Source: an uncultured Acidobacteriota bacterium
GTDB lineage: Bacteria; Acidobacteriota; Terriglobia; Terriglobales; Acidobacteriaceae
Assembly (NCBI GenBank): GCA_963800405.1
Contig: CAWDBW010000071.1
Location: 557-64,556, forward strand
Length of the DNA: 64,000 nucleotides
Direction: 5' to 3'
In this document: piece after piece, positions 18,401 through 27,065 of the stretch
How the letters are laid out: every line of letters begins with the position of its first letter
Numbering within the stretch: position 1 is the stretch's first letter
Translations under genes and position numbers: made by a program
Notes under the pieces: model-generated
The model's input: only the letters and a program-made list of their open reading frames with translations
What the model was told of the DNA's origin: nothing
Database searches by the model: none

Positions 18401-18889
18401 CTGAGAAAAGTTTCGGCCATCCAGCGGGAGGTCGAGAATCTCGCGCTCCATTACCGTCTGCCCCAAACTGCTGACTGTGCTCTGCACTAAGGCGGCATCC
18501 GCGCTTACGTCAACTTGCTGCGTCTCCGCTCCCAGCTTGAGGTGAATGCCGATCGTCGCCGTTTGGTTTACATCCAGCGAGATCCCCTGCTGCACATACT
18601 TCTGGAAGCCCTTCGCCTGGACCTCCAGCTGGTAATGTCCGATGGGCAGTTCGACCAGCAAGTACTCTCCCTGCCGGCCTGTGACTGCTGCGCGTGTCAG
18701 TCCGGTTTCGATCTGCCGGGCGGTGACTGTAGCGGCTTGGACGATGGCCCCGCTGGGATCCAAAACGCTTCCGCGGATGTTCGCTGTGATCTGCTGTCCG
18801 GCAACATTCAGAGCTGCGACGTTCAGCCCGGCAACGACAGAGACCAGCGCCAGGGCCAGCCTTCTCAATTTGCTCATACGTCTCCCCAT
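15494..18889 (-). CDS. TonB-dependent receptor-like outer-membrane protein with an N-terminal carboxypeptidase-regulatory-like domain
   Basis: 1131 aa. Signal peptide, then ITANIRGSVLDPSGAIVQAATVTARQIETGLT...GEYLLVELPIGHYQLEV. C-terminal beta-barrel ends ...RVIQVALKLLF. ATG 18877 (GGAGA upstream) is an alternative start. Confidence 0.85.
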   Translation of the reverse strand: MGRRMSKLRRLALALVSVVAGLNVAALNVAGQQITANIRGSVLDPSGAIVQAATVTARQIETGLTRAAVTGRQGEYLLVELPIGHYQLEVQAKGFQKYVQQGISLDVNQTATIGIHLKLGAETQQVDVSADAALVQSTVSSLGQTVMEREILDLPLDGRNFSQLGLLQPGVVPLTPGLLEAGGPARQNQGYAVDGQRPESNNFLIDGADNVSSVDGGFVLKPPIDAIAEFKILSHNANAEFGRNTGSTTNIVTRSGSNSFHGAVWEFLRNDAMDSSDYFTQSVQPLKQNQFGATFGGPIVRDKTFFFGYYEGFRNRQGETVPATVPSAAERTGNFGEECTDLNATFDQTTGLCSNPNGQLTFFGTPVPFNQMTLFTPIDPTATNVLPLFPLPNVGENGFIATQTLSENNDQFGLRLDQYLSSADTLNFRYMYSSGPTTDPLSPVGANVPGFPVGEYDRAQNFVTQETHIFSPTTIGVARFSFLRNTFLLDEHLNHESPADFGFQYAPTLPSAAGPPFVQVGGYASVGDPITGPRNTFQNTFDVSGSLSWIHGRHELEFGGGYRRDQINALQGIASNGFFVFANFPYSDGFASFLSGNPVVFLQGGGNFAREIRDRALDAYGQDTYKVNSRLTLNLGLRYEVPFPSTENNNEVNLFVPGAQSQVLPDAPVGLLYPGDPGVPAGLIPTQKTAFAPRFGVAWDPRGDSKTVVSAAYGIFYEPYYTGEGGPLQDPVSAPPYLKTQQISFPVNSFANPFYTPNPFSQAFPEPMTLLVVARNLHLPYAQDWNLNIQRSLGQDWLLQIGYVGTTGVRLPRFIEGDPPVFVPGFTTTGSGCSVANPCLNSTENNVNYRRLYSGCTLAEPAGNCIYSSVGEIASIANSSYNALQASLRKRFGHGLSFLASYTWSHSIDDVSSFNITGSAAQDVAGENDLAQNPFDLAAERGRSMFDSHQRFVLSYQWSLPFLQHSSTWYGHILGNWQLNGIVTAMSGGPFTVYDSGDPSLQGQAPEITGFSANRPNVIGNPNSGPRTPQEWFNVSAFQQLQPDPLGRFEVFGDEGRNVVQGPGYMNWDASAFKNIRLTESKEIQFRGELFNLLNHTNFRLPVSDIESPTFGQVQSDVGPRVIQVALKLLF

Positions 18890-19249
18890 TTGTCTTCAGT
18901 AGCTACAACTGTTGAGTTGAAGACATCCCCGCGAGCGAACCTGGAGTGCGCCCGAGAATTTTTCCCACAGAGTGCGGCGATTATAGGGAAGCACAACGGC
19001 GGGTCAATAATCTGAAAAGAGTATGATTCGAACTTACAAACGAACTTGCAACGAGATAAAAGAAAAGGCGGCGAGGAAGACCGCAACAAACGGTGCGAAG
19101 TTTCGCTGTTGACTTCTACTGCTTTTGCATTATTGCGCCCGATCATCCTCTCGTTTAGATTCCTCGAACTCGTACAGTCGTTCGCAGCAGCCCTGCTCCG
19201 GCCTATTGTTGATGGAGCATTCGACTTTATAACCAATGCCCAATAACCA

Positions 19250-20651
19250 ATGGCCAACGCCGCAACCGTAGCTCCTGCTGCTTCTGGGAAAAATGCGTTA
19301 CGGAGGGAACTGGGTCTCGCCTCAGCGACTGCGGCTGTTGCCGGCGAGTCCATCGCCGTCGGCATTTTTCTTACTCCGGCCAGCATGGCTAAGTCGCTGG
19401 GGTCTCCCTTCTGGCTTCTTGTCGTCTGGCTCATCGTGGGGGCCATGACCTTGAGTGGCGCTCTGTGTTACGGCGAACTCGCGGGACGGTTTCCGCGCTC
19501 CGGAGGTCTCTACATTTATCTGCAGGAGATCTACGGCCGAAGAATCGCGTTTCTTTACGGCTGGATGTGCCTTCTCGTTCTCGATCCCGGACTGACTGCC
19601 GCTCTGGCCACGGGAATCGCAGGATATGCAGCATACATTTTTCACTGGTCTGCTCTCACCATCAAGCTTGCGGCTGCGGCCATGATCTGGACGCTCTGCT
19701 TCACTAACATCCTGAGCATTCGCGTGAGCGCCGGATTCCTGCGGTGGATCACCGGGCTGAAACTCGCCGTCCTCGCCCTGCTGACCATTTGGGCGGTAGT
19801 CTTTCGTCTGGGGGCATGGTCGAATTTCGTTCCCTTTATCGATCGCCGCCCGGGATCCTTGCCCATTGCTTCCAGCCCTGGCGGCAGCTATGGTGGGAGC
19901 TTTTTTTTCCTTCGGCGGTTGGTGGGATGTCAGCAAAATTGCCGGAGAAGTGCGGGATCCCGGCCGTGTGTTGCCGCGCGCCCTGCTCTATGGTGTGTTG
20001 ACGGTCACTGGAGTCTACATTCTGGTAAGTATGGTTTTCTGGTACGTGGTCCCGCTCGACCAGGTCACGTCGGATGTTACTTTTGTGGCTCAGGCCGGCG
20101 ATAAATTGTTTGGCCCGGCGGGCGGAATCATCTTCGCCGCTATTGTGATGCTGTGCGTACTCGGCGGCCTGGCCGCGTTCATGATGTCCGCTCCCCGGGT
20201 TTATTACGCCATGGCACAAGATGGCTTGTTTCTTCGTTCCGTGGCAAAACTGCATCGCCAATTCAACACGCCTGCGAATGCGATTCTGATTCAGGGCATC
20301 ATCGCCTGCGTTCTGGTCGGTGTAGGCACTTTCCAGCAGATCATTTCCTATATCATCTTCGCCGCGGTTGGTTTTATTGGATTGGCAGCGGCTGGACTAT
20401 TTGTACTGCGGCGTGGTGACCGCGCGAGCGGCAGTTCCGTCGTCATAGCTTCGGAGGCCATGGCTCCGGAGGTCCTGGCTCCGGTCATCCTGGCTCCGGG
20501 CTATCCCTTTACGCCCCTGGCGTTCTTGTTGCTGATTGTCATCCTTCTGGTGTTGATCGGCGTAAAGAGCCCGCGGGAAGCGGCGTTCGGCGCTCTGGTA
20601 ATCGCCACGGGCTTGCCCGTGTATGAACTTTTCCGCCGCAGATCGGCTTGA
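19250..20651 (+). pseudogene. APC-superfamily amino-acid permease split over two frames (frameshift near 19860-19866)
   Basis: Frame 1 (19250->) reads ...GESIAVGIFLTP...LCYGELAGRFPRSGGLYIYL...NFVPFIDRRPGSLP. Frame +1 (from 19866) continues LLPALAAAMVGAFFSFGGWWDVSKIAGEVRDPGRVLPRAL... to 20651. Dropping the A at 19865 joins them. Confidence 0.8.
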
Positions 20652-20669
20652 CGAAATGGAAGATTCAGC

Positions 20670-21337
20670 ATGACGACAAAAAATAACGATGACGAGAACA
20701 CCAGGTCCAGAACACCCAGGTCCAGAACACCCAGGTCCCGAACGCCCAGCCTCCGGCGCCCAAGCCCGCTACAAAAATCCGAATCACCGAAGATGCCGAA
20801 GCCACCGGCGCGACCCTTGCCGCCTACGATTACTGGCGCGCCGACTCCGGCAGGCAACAAGTCCCCGGCATCATGAAGTGCTTCGGTGCGCGTCCTGACT
20901 TCCTGCGCCAGGTAGTGGACTTCTCGAACACCATCCATTTCTCCGAAGGACATCTCACCCGCCGCCATAAAGAGATGATCGCTAGCTACGTCTCTTACCT
21001 GAATCGCTGTCCTTATTGACTGGACAGCCATGCTTACTTCCTGCGTGTTCAGGGAGCCACCGATCAATGCGTAAGCGCAATTCTCGAAGGCAAGTTGGAC
21101 GAGGCCGGCCTGACAGTGGCGGAGCGCGGGTTGCTGGATTACGTCAAAATGATTACCGAAGCCGCCTATCGCTCCACCGCTGAGGACGTTCAGAGGCTGC
21201 GAGACGCCGGCTGGAAAGAAGATCAGATCGCGGAAGCTGTGTACATTACCGCCATGTTCGCATTCTTCAACCGCGTAGCAGACGCCTTTGGCGTTCCCGC
21301 ACAGAACTATCTTGAAAAGGGAAAAATGACGCCCTAA
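20670..21337 (+). CDS. AhpD/carboxymuconolactone-decarboxylase-family peroxidase-related protein. It has an in-frame TGA at the CxxC motif (candidate Sec) and a 1-nt deletion in its N-terminal repeat
   Basis: Frame 20693-21337 reads ...KIRITEDAEATGATLAAYDYW...HLTRRHKEMIASYVSYLNRCPY*LDSHAYFLRV...AEAVYITAMFAFFNRVADAFG. The only ATG with an RBS (20670, GGAAGA) is in the -1 frame. Confidence 0.7.
20697..20755 (+). repeat. 15-nt tandem repeat (AACACCCAGGTCCAG) x3-4 in the 5' end of the CMD-family gene. The first unit is 14 nt
   Basis: Units are aacaccaggtccag / aacacccaggtccag / aacacccaggtcccg / aacgcccagcctccg. Confidence 0.9.
21037..21056 (+). promoter_or_regulatory. Candidate bacterial SECIS hairpin
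   Basis: CUUCCUG-CGUGUU-CAGGGAG: a 7-bp stem (one G-U pair) and a 6-nt loop containing GU. The stem starts 17 nt after UGA 21017-21019. Confidence 0.4.
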
Positions 21338-21482
21338 GCGCCCTCGCAGTGGTCCGAAAAGGATCGCGTCATGGGAAATCTCTCGCTGACCATCGCTGAG
21401 ATTCTTCCCGAGTGAAAGACAATAAGAACTCCTTGCGACCTCTGATATAACATCGTGCAGCAGAAGTGTCTGGGAGGGCCAA

Positions 21483-22793
21483 TTGGCCAAGAAAACGATC
21501 CCCCAACGAGAATCCGCGGCTGCCGCAGAAGCCACCGTACCCAGCCGGGTGTTGGGCATTGTGCTCGCTGGAGGGAAAGGAACCCGGCTGTTTCCCCTCA
21601 CCCGCGAACGCGCCAAGCCTGCGGTTCCCTTCGGCGGCAAATACCGGATCATCGATTTCGTCCTCAGCAATTTCATCAATTCCGGAATCTACTCGATTTA
21701 CGTGCTCACTCAGTTCCGCAGCCAATCGCTGCTGCAGCATCTGAGTGAGGGATGGCAGTTCGGCGGGATGCTGAAGAGCCACTTCATCATCAACGTGCCC
21801 GCCCAGATGCGCATGGAGAACGAAGTCTGGTATCAGGGAACGGCCGACGCCATCTTCCAGAACATGAACCTGATCGAGCAGTCCGATCCGCACCTTGTGG
21901 CCATCTTTGGCGGCGACCATATCTATCGCATGAACGTCGCCAGCATGGTCGACTTCCATAAGGCGAAGCACGCGGAAGTCACGGTTGCCGCCATCCCGGT
22001 TCCCAAGGTTCATGCCGCCGAACTCGGTGTGATTGAGGCCAACGATGAAGGACGCATCATGGGTTTTCACGAAAAGAAGCCAGATGCGCCCACCATGCCG
22101 GGCGATTCCAGCCGCGTCTATGCTTCCATGGGCAACTACATCTTCTCCACGGACAGGCTGCTGCAACTGCTCAAGGCCGACGCGAAGAACCCCAACAGCC
22201 ATCACGATTTCGGCATGGACATCCTGCCCAAGCTCGCGGGCAACGCCCCCATCTACGCCTACAATTTCGAGGCGAACCGCATCCCCGGCGAGGCCGATGA
22301 CGCCATCCCTTACTGGCGCGATGTCGGCACCATCGAGGCCTTCTACGAAGCCAACATGGACTTGAACCATGTGAAGCCCGAACTCAATCTCTACAATCGC
22401 GAATGGCCGGTGCGCAGCACCAGCTATCCCGATCCTCCCGCGAAATTCGTATTCGACGATGAAGGCCGCCGCGGCGAAGCCCTCGACAGCATCATCTCCG
22501 GGGGATGCATTCTTTCCGGCGGACTGGTGCGCAAGTCCGTTCTCGGACGCGGGGTCCGTGTGCACACCGGCGCGCATGTCGAAGGCTGCGTCATTATGGA
22601 CAACTGCGACATCGGGCGCCGCGCCAAACTGCGCCGCGCCATCCTCGATAAGAACGTGCGCATTCCGCAGGACACCACCGTCGGCTACGATCACGACGCC
22701 GACCGCGCTCGCGGATGGCACGTTACCGAGTCCGGCATCGTCGTCATTGGACGGGAACACAGCTCCGTGCCCGTGGCGGCGCTGTTCACATGA
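21483..22793 (+). CDS. glgC: Glucose-1-phosphate adenylyltransferase
   Basis: VLGIVLAGGKGTRLFPLTRERAKPAVPFGGKYRIIDFVLSNFINSGI... followed by a C-terminal left-handed beta-helix region. 436 aa. Confidence 0.95.
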   Translation: MAKKTIPQRESAAAAEATVPSRVLGIVLAGGKGTRLFPLTRERAKPAVPFGGKYRIIDFVLSNFINSGIYSIYVLTQFRSQSLLQHLSEGWQFGGMLKSHFIINVPAQMRMENEVWYQGTADAIFQNMNLIEQSDPHLVAIFGGDHIYRMNVASMVDFHKAKHAEVTVAAIPVPKVHAAELGVIEANDEGRIMGFHEKKPDAPTMPGDSSRVYASMGNYIFSTDRLLQLLKADAKNPNSHHDFGMDILPKLAGNAPIYAYNFEANRIPGEADDAIPYWRDVGTIEAFYEANMDLNHVKPELNLYNREWPVRSTSYPDPPAKFVFDDEGRRGEALDSIISGGCILSGGLVRKSVLGRGVRVHTGAHVEGCVIMDNCDIGRRAKLRRAILDKNVRIPQDTTVGYDHDADRARGWHVTESGIVVIGREHSSVPVAALFT

Positions 22794-22985
22794 GCGGTTG
22801 TCCCCCTTGCGCAATTTGGATGGGGTAACTGTTGCCGGAGTGACCGTTCGTAATTTGAAAATGTGCTGTGCCAGATTCAGAATCATTTTGCCCACCACTT
22901 CGTAGTTCGGCCCGCCGTAGCTTCCTGCCGGGAAGCGAGGCCGCTGAACGAATCCACTCTGGCCTGATTGGAACTGTGAACAGTC

Positions 22986-23411
22986 ATGTCTCGCGCCAAG
23001 GCAACGATTCTCTGCATTGACGATCACTGGAACGGGCTCATTGGGCGGAAGATGTTGCTCGAACAGAACGGCTATAAGGTTCTGGAGGCCAGCGGCGGGG
23101 ACGAAGGGCTGAAGCTGTTTCTCTCGCGCAACGTCGATGCTGTGGTCCTCGATTATCAGATGCCGGGGATGAACGGAGACGTGGTCGCGGAGAGGATGAA
23201 GCGAATCAACTCCCATGTCCCGATCATGCTTTTATCTGCCTATGGACCGCTGCCGAAGAGCAAGCTGCGCGCAGTGGACTCGTTCTTGACGAAGTCGCAA
23301 CCGCCGAACATTCTCTTGTCCACGCTGCAAGGCCTGCTGGGCAGCCAACACAAACCATTTTTCTCCCGTTGGCTCGATCAATGGAAGAACCGGAATCAGG
23401 TGAGCTCGTGA
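22986..23411 (+). CDS. Stand-alone response-regulator receiver domain (CheY-like)
   Basis: ILCIDDHWNG...VDAVVLDYQMPGMNG...PIMLLSAYG. No output domain. Confidence 0.85.
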   Translation: MSRAKATILCIDDHWNGLIGRKMLLEQNGYKVLEASGGDEGLKLFLSRNVDAVVLDYQMPGMNGDVVAERMKRINSHVPIMLLSAYGPLPKSKLRAVDSFLTKSQPPNILLSTLQGLLGSQHKPFFSRWLDQWKNRNQVSS

Positions 23412-23599
23412 GATTCTTGAAGTTGCTGCTTCGGCGAGGTTGCGCGCACCGCTTCTCGTGGCCTCGCATCGACGACCACGGGCGTCATTACCAGATCTGC
23501 CTGGCTTGCGGAACGGCTTACGAATATGACTGGAGAATGATGCGCCGGACGACCCGCCTGCTGGTGGCAGCCGTCCAACACCAATTTGCGCAGCGGTAG
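23408..23599 (+). CDS. Small Cys/His-rich (zinc-ribbon-like) protein translationally coupled to the receiver gene
   Basis: GTG 23408 overlaps the TGA 23409-23411 (GTGA). Sequence ...GCAHRFSWPRIDDHGRHYQICLACGTAYEYDW... TTG 23369 and ATG 23381 are alternative starts. Confidence 0.4.
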   Translation: MRFLKLLLRRGCAHRFSWPRIDDHGRHYQICLACGTAYEYDWRMMRRTTRLLVAAVQHQFAQR

Positions 23600-23923
23600 T
23601 CTCGCCCCCTAATACTGGGCGAGCAGTCGCGCGGTGCGCCAACTGAAACACGGAAATGTCCAGTGACTCATTTACTCATTTTCTTCAACGTCGGCATCCC
23701 CGACGGGCCCCGCGCGCGAGTCTTCGCGGGAGCATCTCGGACGACAAACGACCAAACCGAATAAGGCAGCCACAGTCCGCAGGTCATGCTTGGAGCCGCT
23801 AGGCAGAGTCCTGCAGGTCCTCAGGGGTGGAAAGCGTGTGGTACCTTAAGGCGCAGTGGAGTGGCACTTTGTTGGTCCGAAAATCGGGCCAGAACTTCTG
23901 CAGAAAATAAGGAGTACGCCGCA

Positions 23924-25789
23924 ATGAGATCGGTTGCGCTGAAACGATTTCTATCGAATGCCGCTGGCACAGGGTTGCGTGCCAGATGCGTTTGTTTGGG
24001 TACCCTTCTTGCCCTGGCCTCGGCTGGTGCGGCACAAGATTTGGCCTATCGCTCGCCGTTTCTTCGGGTAGAGATGGCGGCCGAGCAAGTGAACTTCCGG
24101 ACCCTTGCGCTTGACTCGCTGGGCAAGAACAAGCTGGATGTGAACGTCATGCTTCCGCTGGTGGCTGGGGGATCACGCTACCAAGCGTTTCGTCAAGGGC
24201 AGACCATTGAATATCGGGTATCCGGGGAGAGCACTGCGGCGTGGAGTTTCACCTTCAGCGAGCAAAGCTTCGTGATGCACTCGCATTATTCAGAGAAGCT
24301 CCCACCCCAGGATCTGGTTCTTAGTTTTGATCCCAAAGGCAGCCACGCCACTCTGCTGGGGTTGTTGAGCGACGAGGGACAAGTTCGTCTGCCCGCCTTG
24401 CTGCATTTTCCGGATCGCGGGACCTTTCGCATCACGACCACGGCGAAGGAGGTTAGTCTGGGCTATGATGCATTGCGTTTCCGCGACAACTTCATACGTG
24501 TGTCGTTTCCGGCTGCCGACCGGCATCAGCGAGACCTCGAATACCGGTTCGAAGTAACGGCGATTTATCCGCACGTTCCAAGATTGGAAGGCGACTCACG
24601 CTTTGACGGATTCCGCCGCGACTTCCTCAATATCCTGCAGCTCAATCCCCGGCGCAGAGTTCTTGCCAACAACGCCGCCAGTGATGCCGTAGCGTTCACG
24701 CTATTCGAATACTCGATGATGGCGCGTCAAATGCCGCCGCTGGCCGATGGCTTGACTGCGCTCGACATCCTCGGCCAAAGCCTGAACCGCTACGTGGGAG
24801 GGATGAAGGGCTATGGCATGCAGGGTTACGACAATATCGCGGGAACGAAATACGACTTCCTCGATACCTATCCCTCGCTGGTAATGGCCTCCTCCGACTA
24901 CGTGCAGGCCAGCCACGATCAGGCGTGGCTCCAGCGGAACTATTCGGTAATCAAGACTTGGGCCAACAAGATGATCGAATTCGACCGCGACGACGACGGC
25001 CTGATGGAATACCCGCTCAGTGGCAATTCCGGCTCTTGGCCGGAGCAAGTGAGCATACGTCCGTCTAATTGGTGGGACACGATTGGCTTTGGCCACAAAG
25101 ACGCCTATTCGAATGCTCTGGCGTATGCAGCCTTCAATGACATGGCAGAGCTTTCCAACCAGGCCGGTTATAAGACCGATGCCAAGATGTACAAGCGGCG
25201 TGCGGAAAAGCTAAAAGCGGTCTACTACAAAACATTCTACGATCCCGCGACCGGCGTGCTGGCCGGATGGAAAAGTGCTGATGGGAAGCTGCACGATTAC
25301 TACTTCTTGTTTATCAATGGAATGGCTGTGACTTATGGCTTGGTAACGCCCCAGCAGGGCAATGCGATTTGGGACAGGCTGATGGCCAAAATGAAGGAAG
25401 TCGGCTATACCCGATTCGATTTGGGGCTTCCTGGGAATCTAATTCCGGTTCGAAGAGAAGACTATGTTGATTTGCAACATGAGTTTGGCGGTCCGCAGAA
25501 GGAGGACGGTTCCGACGGATTTCAAATCTACGAAAACGGCGGCGCGACCGCCTGCTATGCCTATTTCACCATTCAAGCATTGCGCGACCTGGGCCGTGAC
25601 AAAGAGGCGGATACGATTCTCTTCCCCATGCTGAAGGCATTTGAAGACGGCGGATTCCAGGGCAGCAACGCCAACGGCGACACCTATGACTGGAAGGGAT
25701 GGGACGGGTCTCCGCATGGCTACGAGGGCTTGCTGGTGGATGGTTATCTGACACTGCTCGCGGCCATCCCAACCGAAGCGAGAAAGTAA
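23924..25789 (+). CDS. Secreted protein with an (alpha/alpha)6-barrel glycosidase-like C-terminal half (family unresolved)
   Basis: ATG 23924 with AAGGAG upstream. Signal peptide ...CLGTLLALASAGAAQ. C-terminal half ...DDDGLMEYPL...NWWDTIGFGHKDAYSNALAY...FQIYENGGATACYAYF... resembles six-hairpin glycosidases. Confidence 0.55.
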   Translation: MRSVALKRFLSNAAGTGLRARCVCLGTLLALASAGAAQDLAYRSPFLRVEMAAEQVNFRTLALDSLGKNKLDVNVMLPLVAGGSRYQAFRQGQTIEYRVSGESTAAWSFTFSEQSFVMHSHYSEKLPPQDLVLSFDPKGSHATLLGLLSDEGQVRLPALLHFPDRGTFRITTTAKEVSLGYDALRFRDNFIRVSFPAADRHQRDLEYRFEVTAIYPHVPRLEGDSRFDGFRRDFLNILQLNPRRRVLANNAASDAVAFTLFEYSMMARQMPPLADGLTALDILGQSLNRYVGGMKGYGMQGYDNIAGTKYDFLDTYPSLVMASSDYVQASHDQAWLQRNYSVIKTWANKMIEFDRDDDGLMEYPLSGNSGSWPEQVSIRPSNWWDTIGFGHKDAYSNALAYAAFNDMAELSNQAGYKTDAKMYKRRAEKLKAVYYKTFYDPATGVLAGWKSADGKLHDYYFLFINGMAVTYGLVTPQQGNAIWDRLMAKMKEVGYTRFDLGLPGNLIPVRREDYVDLQHEFGGPQKEDGSDGFQIYENGGATACYAYFTIQALRDLGRDKEADTILFPMLKAFEDGGFQGSNANGDTYDWKGWDGSPHGYEGLLVDGYLTLLAAIPTEARK

Positions 25790-25848
25790 TCGGCGCGCTC
25801 CACAGGAAACCTAAATGACGGCTCTAGTTTCTCCGCAATCTCATCTTG

Positions 25849-26916
25849 CTAAGGGGAAGCTAATCGGGTCCTCACGTCGCCCAGCAGGGCCAGCGATTCC
25901 GGGCTTAATTTTCCGGACCGGTCGATATCGACGTTGAACGTGACCGGAACCCGGCTCTGGTTACAGCTGCGCACGTAGTCCAAAACCTGGTCTGTCCTGT
26001 ACCGCGGACTTGCCAGCGGAGTCATCACCTGGTCGTGCACCCACTGTGTATTATCGAGGCAGACCCAACGGTGACCTTGCAAATGGTCAATCGTGAACTG
26101 GCTCGACGGTACCGCCACCAAGTCATTTGCTTCTCCGGATTCGTAGTCCTGGTGGGTGGAGAACAGAAAATGAGCCAGCATGCCAGCGCTCAGAGTGACC
26201 AGGCGCCCGGAGTACCCGGTTTTAGCAGCTTCGGTCCACTGCTCCCAGGGAAACTGGAAGCCATGCATATTGGTCGTCACGCTATCGTAGAAAGTGCGCG
26301 GATCGAGCGCGAACCGGGGATCAAGCGCGAAGCAACTGTCGAACCACCAGCCTTCCACCCGCGAGCCGTAACGTGCCCCCATCTCGCGAAGAATTCCGAG
26401 CAGATTGCTCACCAGTCGAGACTTGTCTGCCGCGTGATACCCAACGGCGTACTCCCAGTCTGGGTCGTTACCGTGGTTGCAGGAGTGGTTGTAGTAAAGG
26501 ACAAAATGCAGCCCCCGCGCCCGGCAAGCATCGGCCAACTCTCCGATGAGATCCCGTGCAGTTGTGCGCCGAGGGGCGATACGATCGATGGCCGCGCTCG
26601 GTGCGGCCAGCATGTGCAAAGCGTGAGTTGCCGTGAAGATGACGTACTGCGCTCCGGCCCGGGCGATCTGGTTCGCAAAGTTCGCGGGACTAAAGCGTGC
26701 CACGGCCTCCTCGAAGGGCACCCAGTCGTCCTCGCCGACGGACTGGGATTGTGCGGTCCAATGGGTGGAAATACCGAAGGAGCAAGCCGCCAGCCAACTT
26801 GCGTCCGCGCGCTGATAATCTGCCGCTCGCGCTGCCCGGCTTGCCCCCACCCCGAGAGCACTCGCTCCCAGCAACCTCAGCAGTTCGCGCCGCGTCAGTG
26901 TTTGGGCAGTTCTCAT
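25849..26916 (-). CDS. Tat-exported GH29-like (alpha-L-fucosidase superfamily) protein, divergent
   Basis: Tat signal TRRELLRLLGASALGVGASRAARA. The block FGISTHW...AGAQYVIFTATHALHM...ARDLIGELADACRARGLHFVLYYNHS parallels the GH29 layout. Confidence 0.55.
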   Translation of the reverse strand: MRTAQTLTRRELLRLLGASALGVGASRAARAADYQRADASWLAACSFGISTHWTAQSQSVGEDDWVPFEEAVARFSPANFANQIARAGAQYVIFTATHALHMLAAPSAAIDRIAPRRTTARDLIGELADACRARGLHFVLYYNHSCNHGNDPDWEYAVGYHAADKSRLVSNLLGILREMGARYGSRVEGWWFDSCFALDPRFALDPRTFYDSVTTNMHGFQFPWEQWTEAAKTGYSGRLVTLSAGMLAHFLFSTHQDYESGEANDLVAVPSSQFTIDHLQGHRWVCLDNTQWVHDQVMTPLASPRYRTDQVLDYVRSCNQSRVPVTFNVDIDRSGKLSPESLALLGDVRTRLASP

Positions 26917-27065
26917 CGATTCCTGGTTTAGCCAATAGTAGCATCATGATTTCGTTTATAGGGCGATAGCCTCTCCGACATTTCGTTCCTTGCAGCAGAT
27001 TGGCGTGCTGCACCGACCTGACGCTGGGCAGCGCGTAAACCTGTCGATGCGCGCAAGAGCTGAAG

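Noticed and set aside
18874-19446. 190-aa minus-strand ORF spanning the receptor-permease intergenic region
   Set aside because: It overlaps both the TonB receptor start and the permease start and has no motifs or RBS.
20501-23216. Long minus-strand ORFs (392 aa and 615 aa) opposite the CMD-family gene and glgC
   Set aside because: These are antisense shadow ORFs typical of high-GC DNA. The plus-strand genes have clear family motifs, and the minus-strand translations are Arg/Gly/Ala-rich with no motifs.
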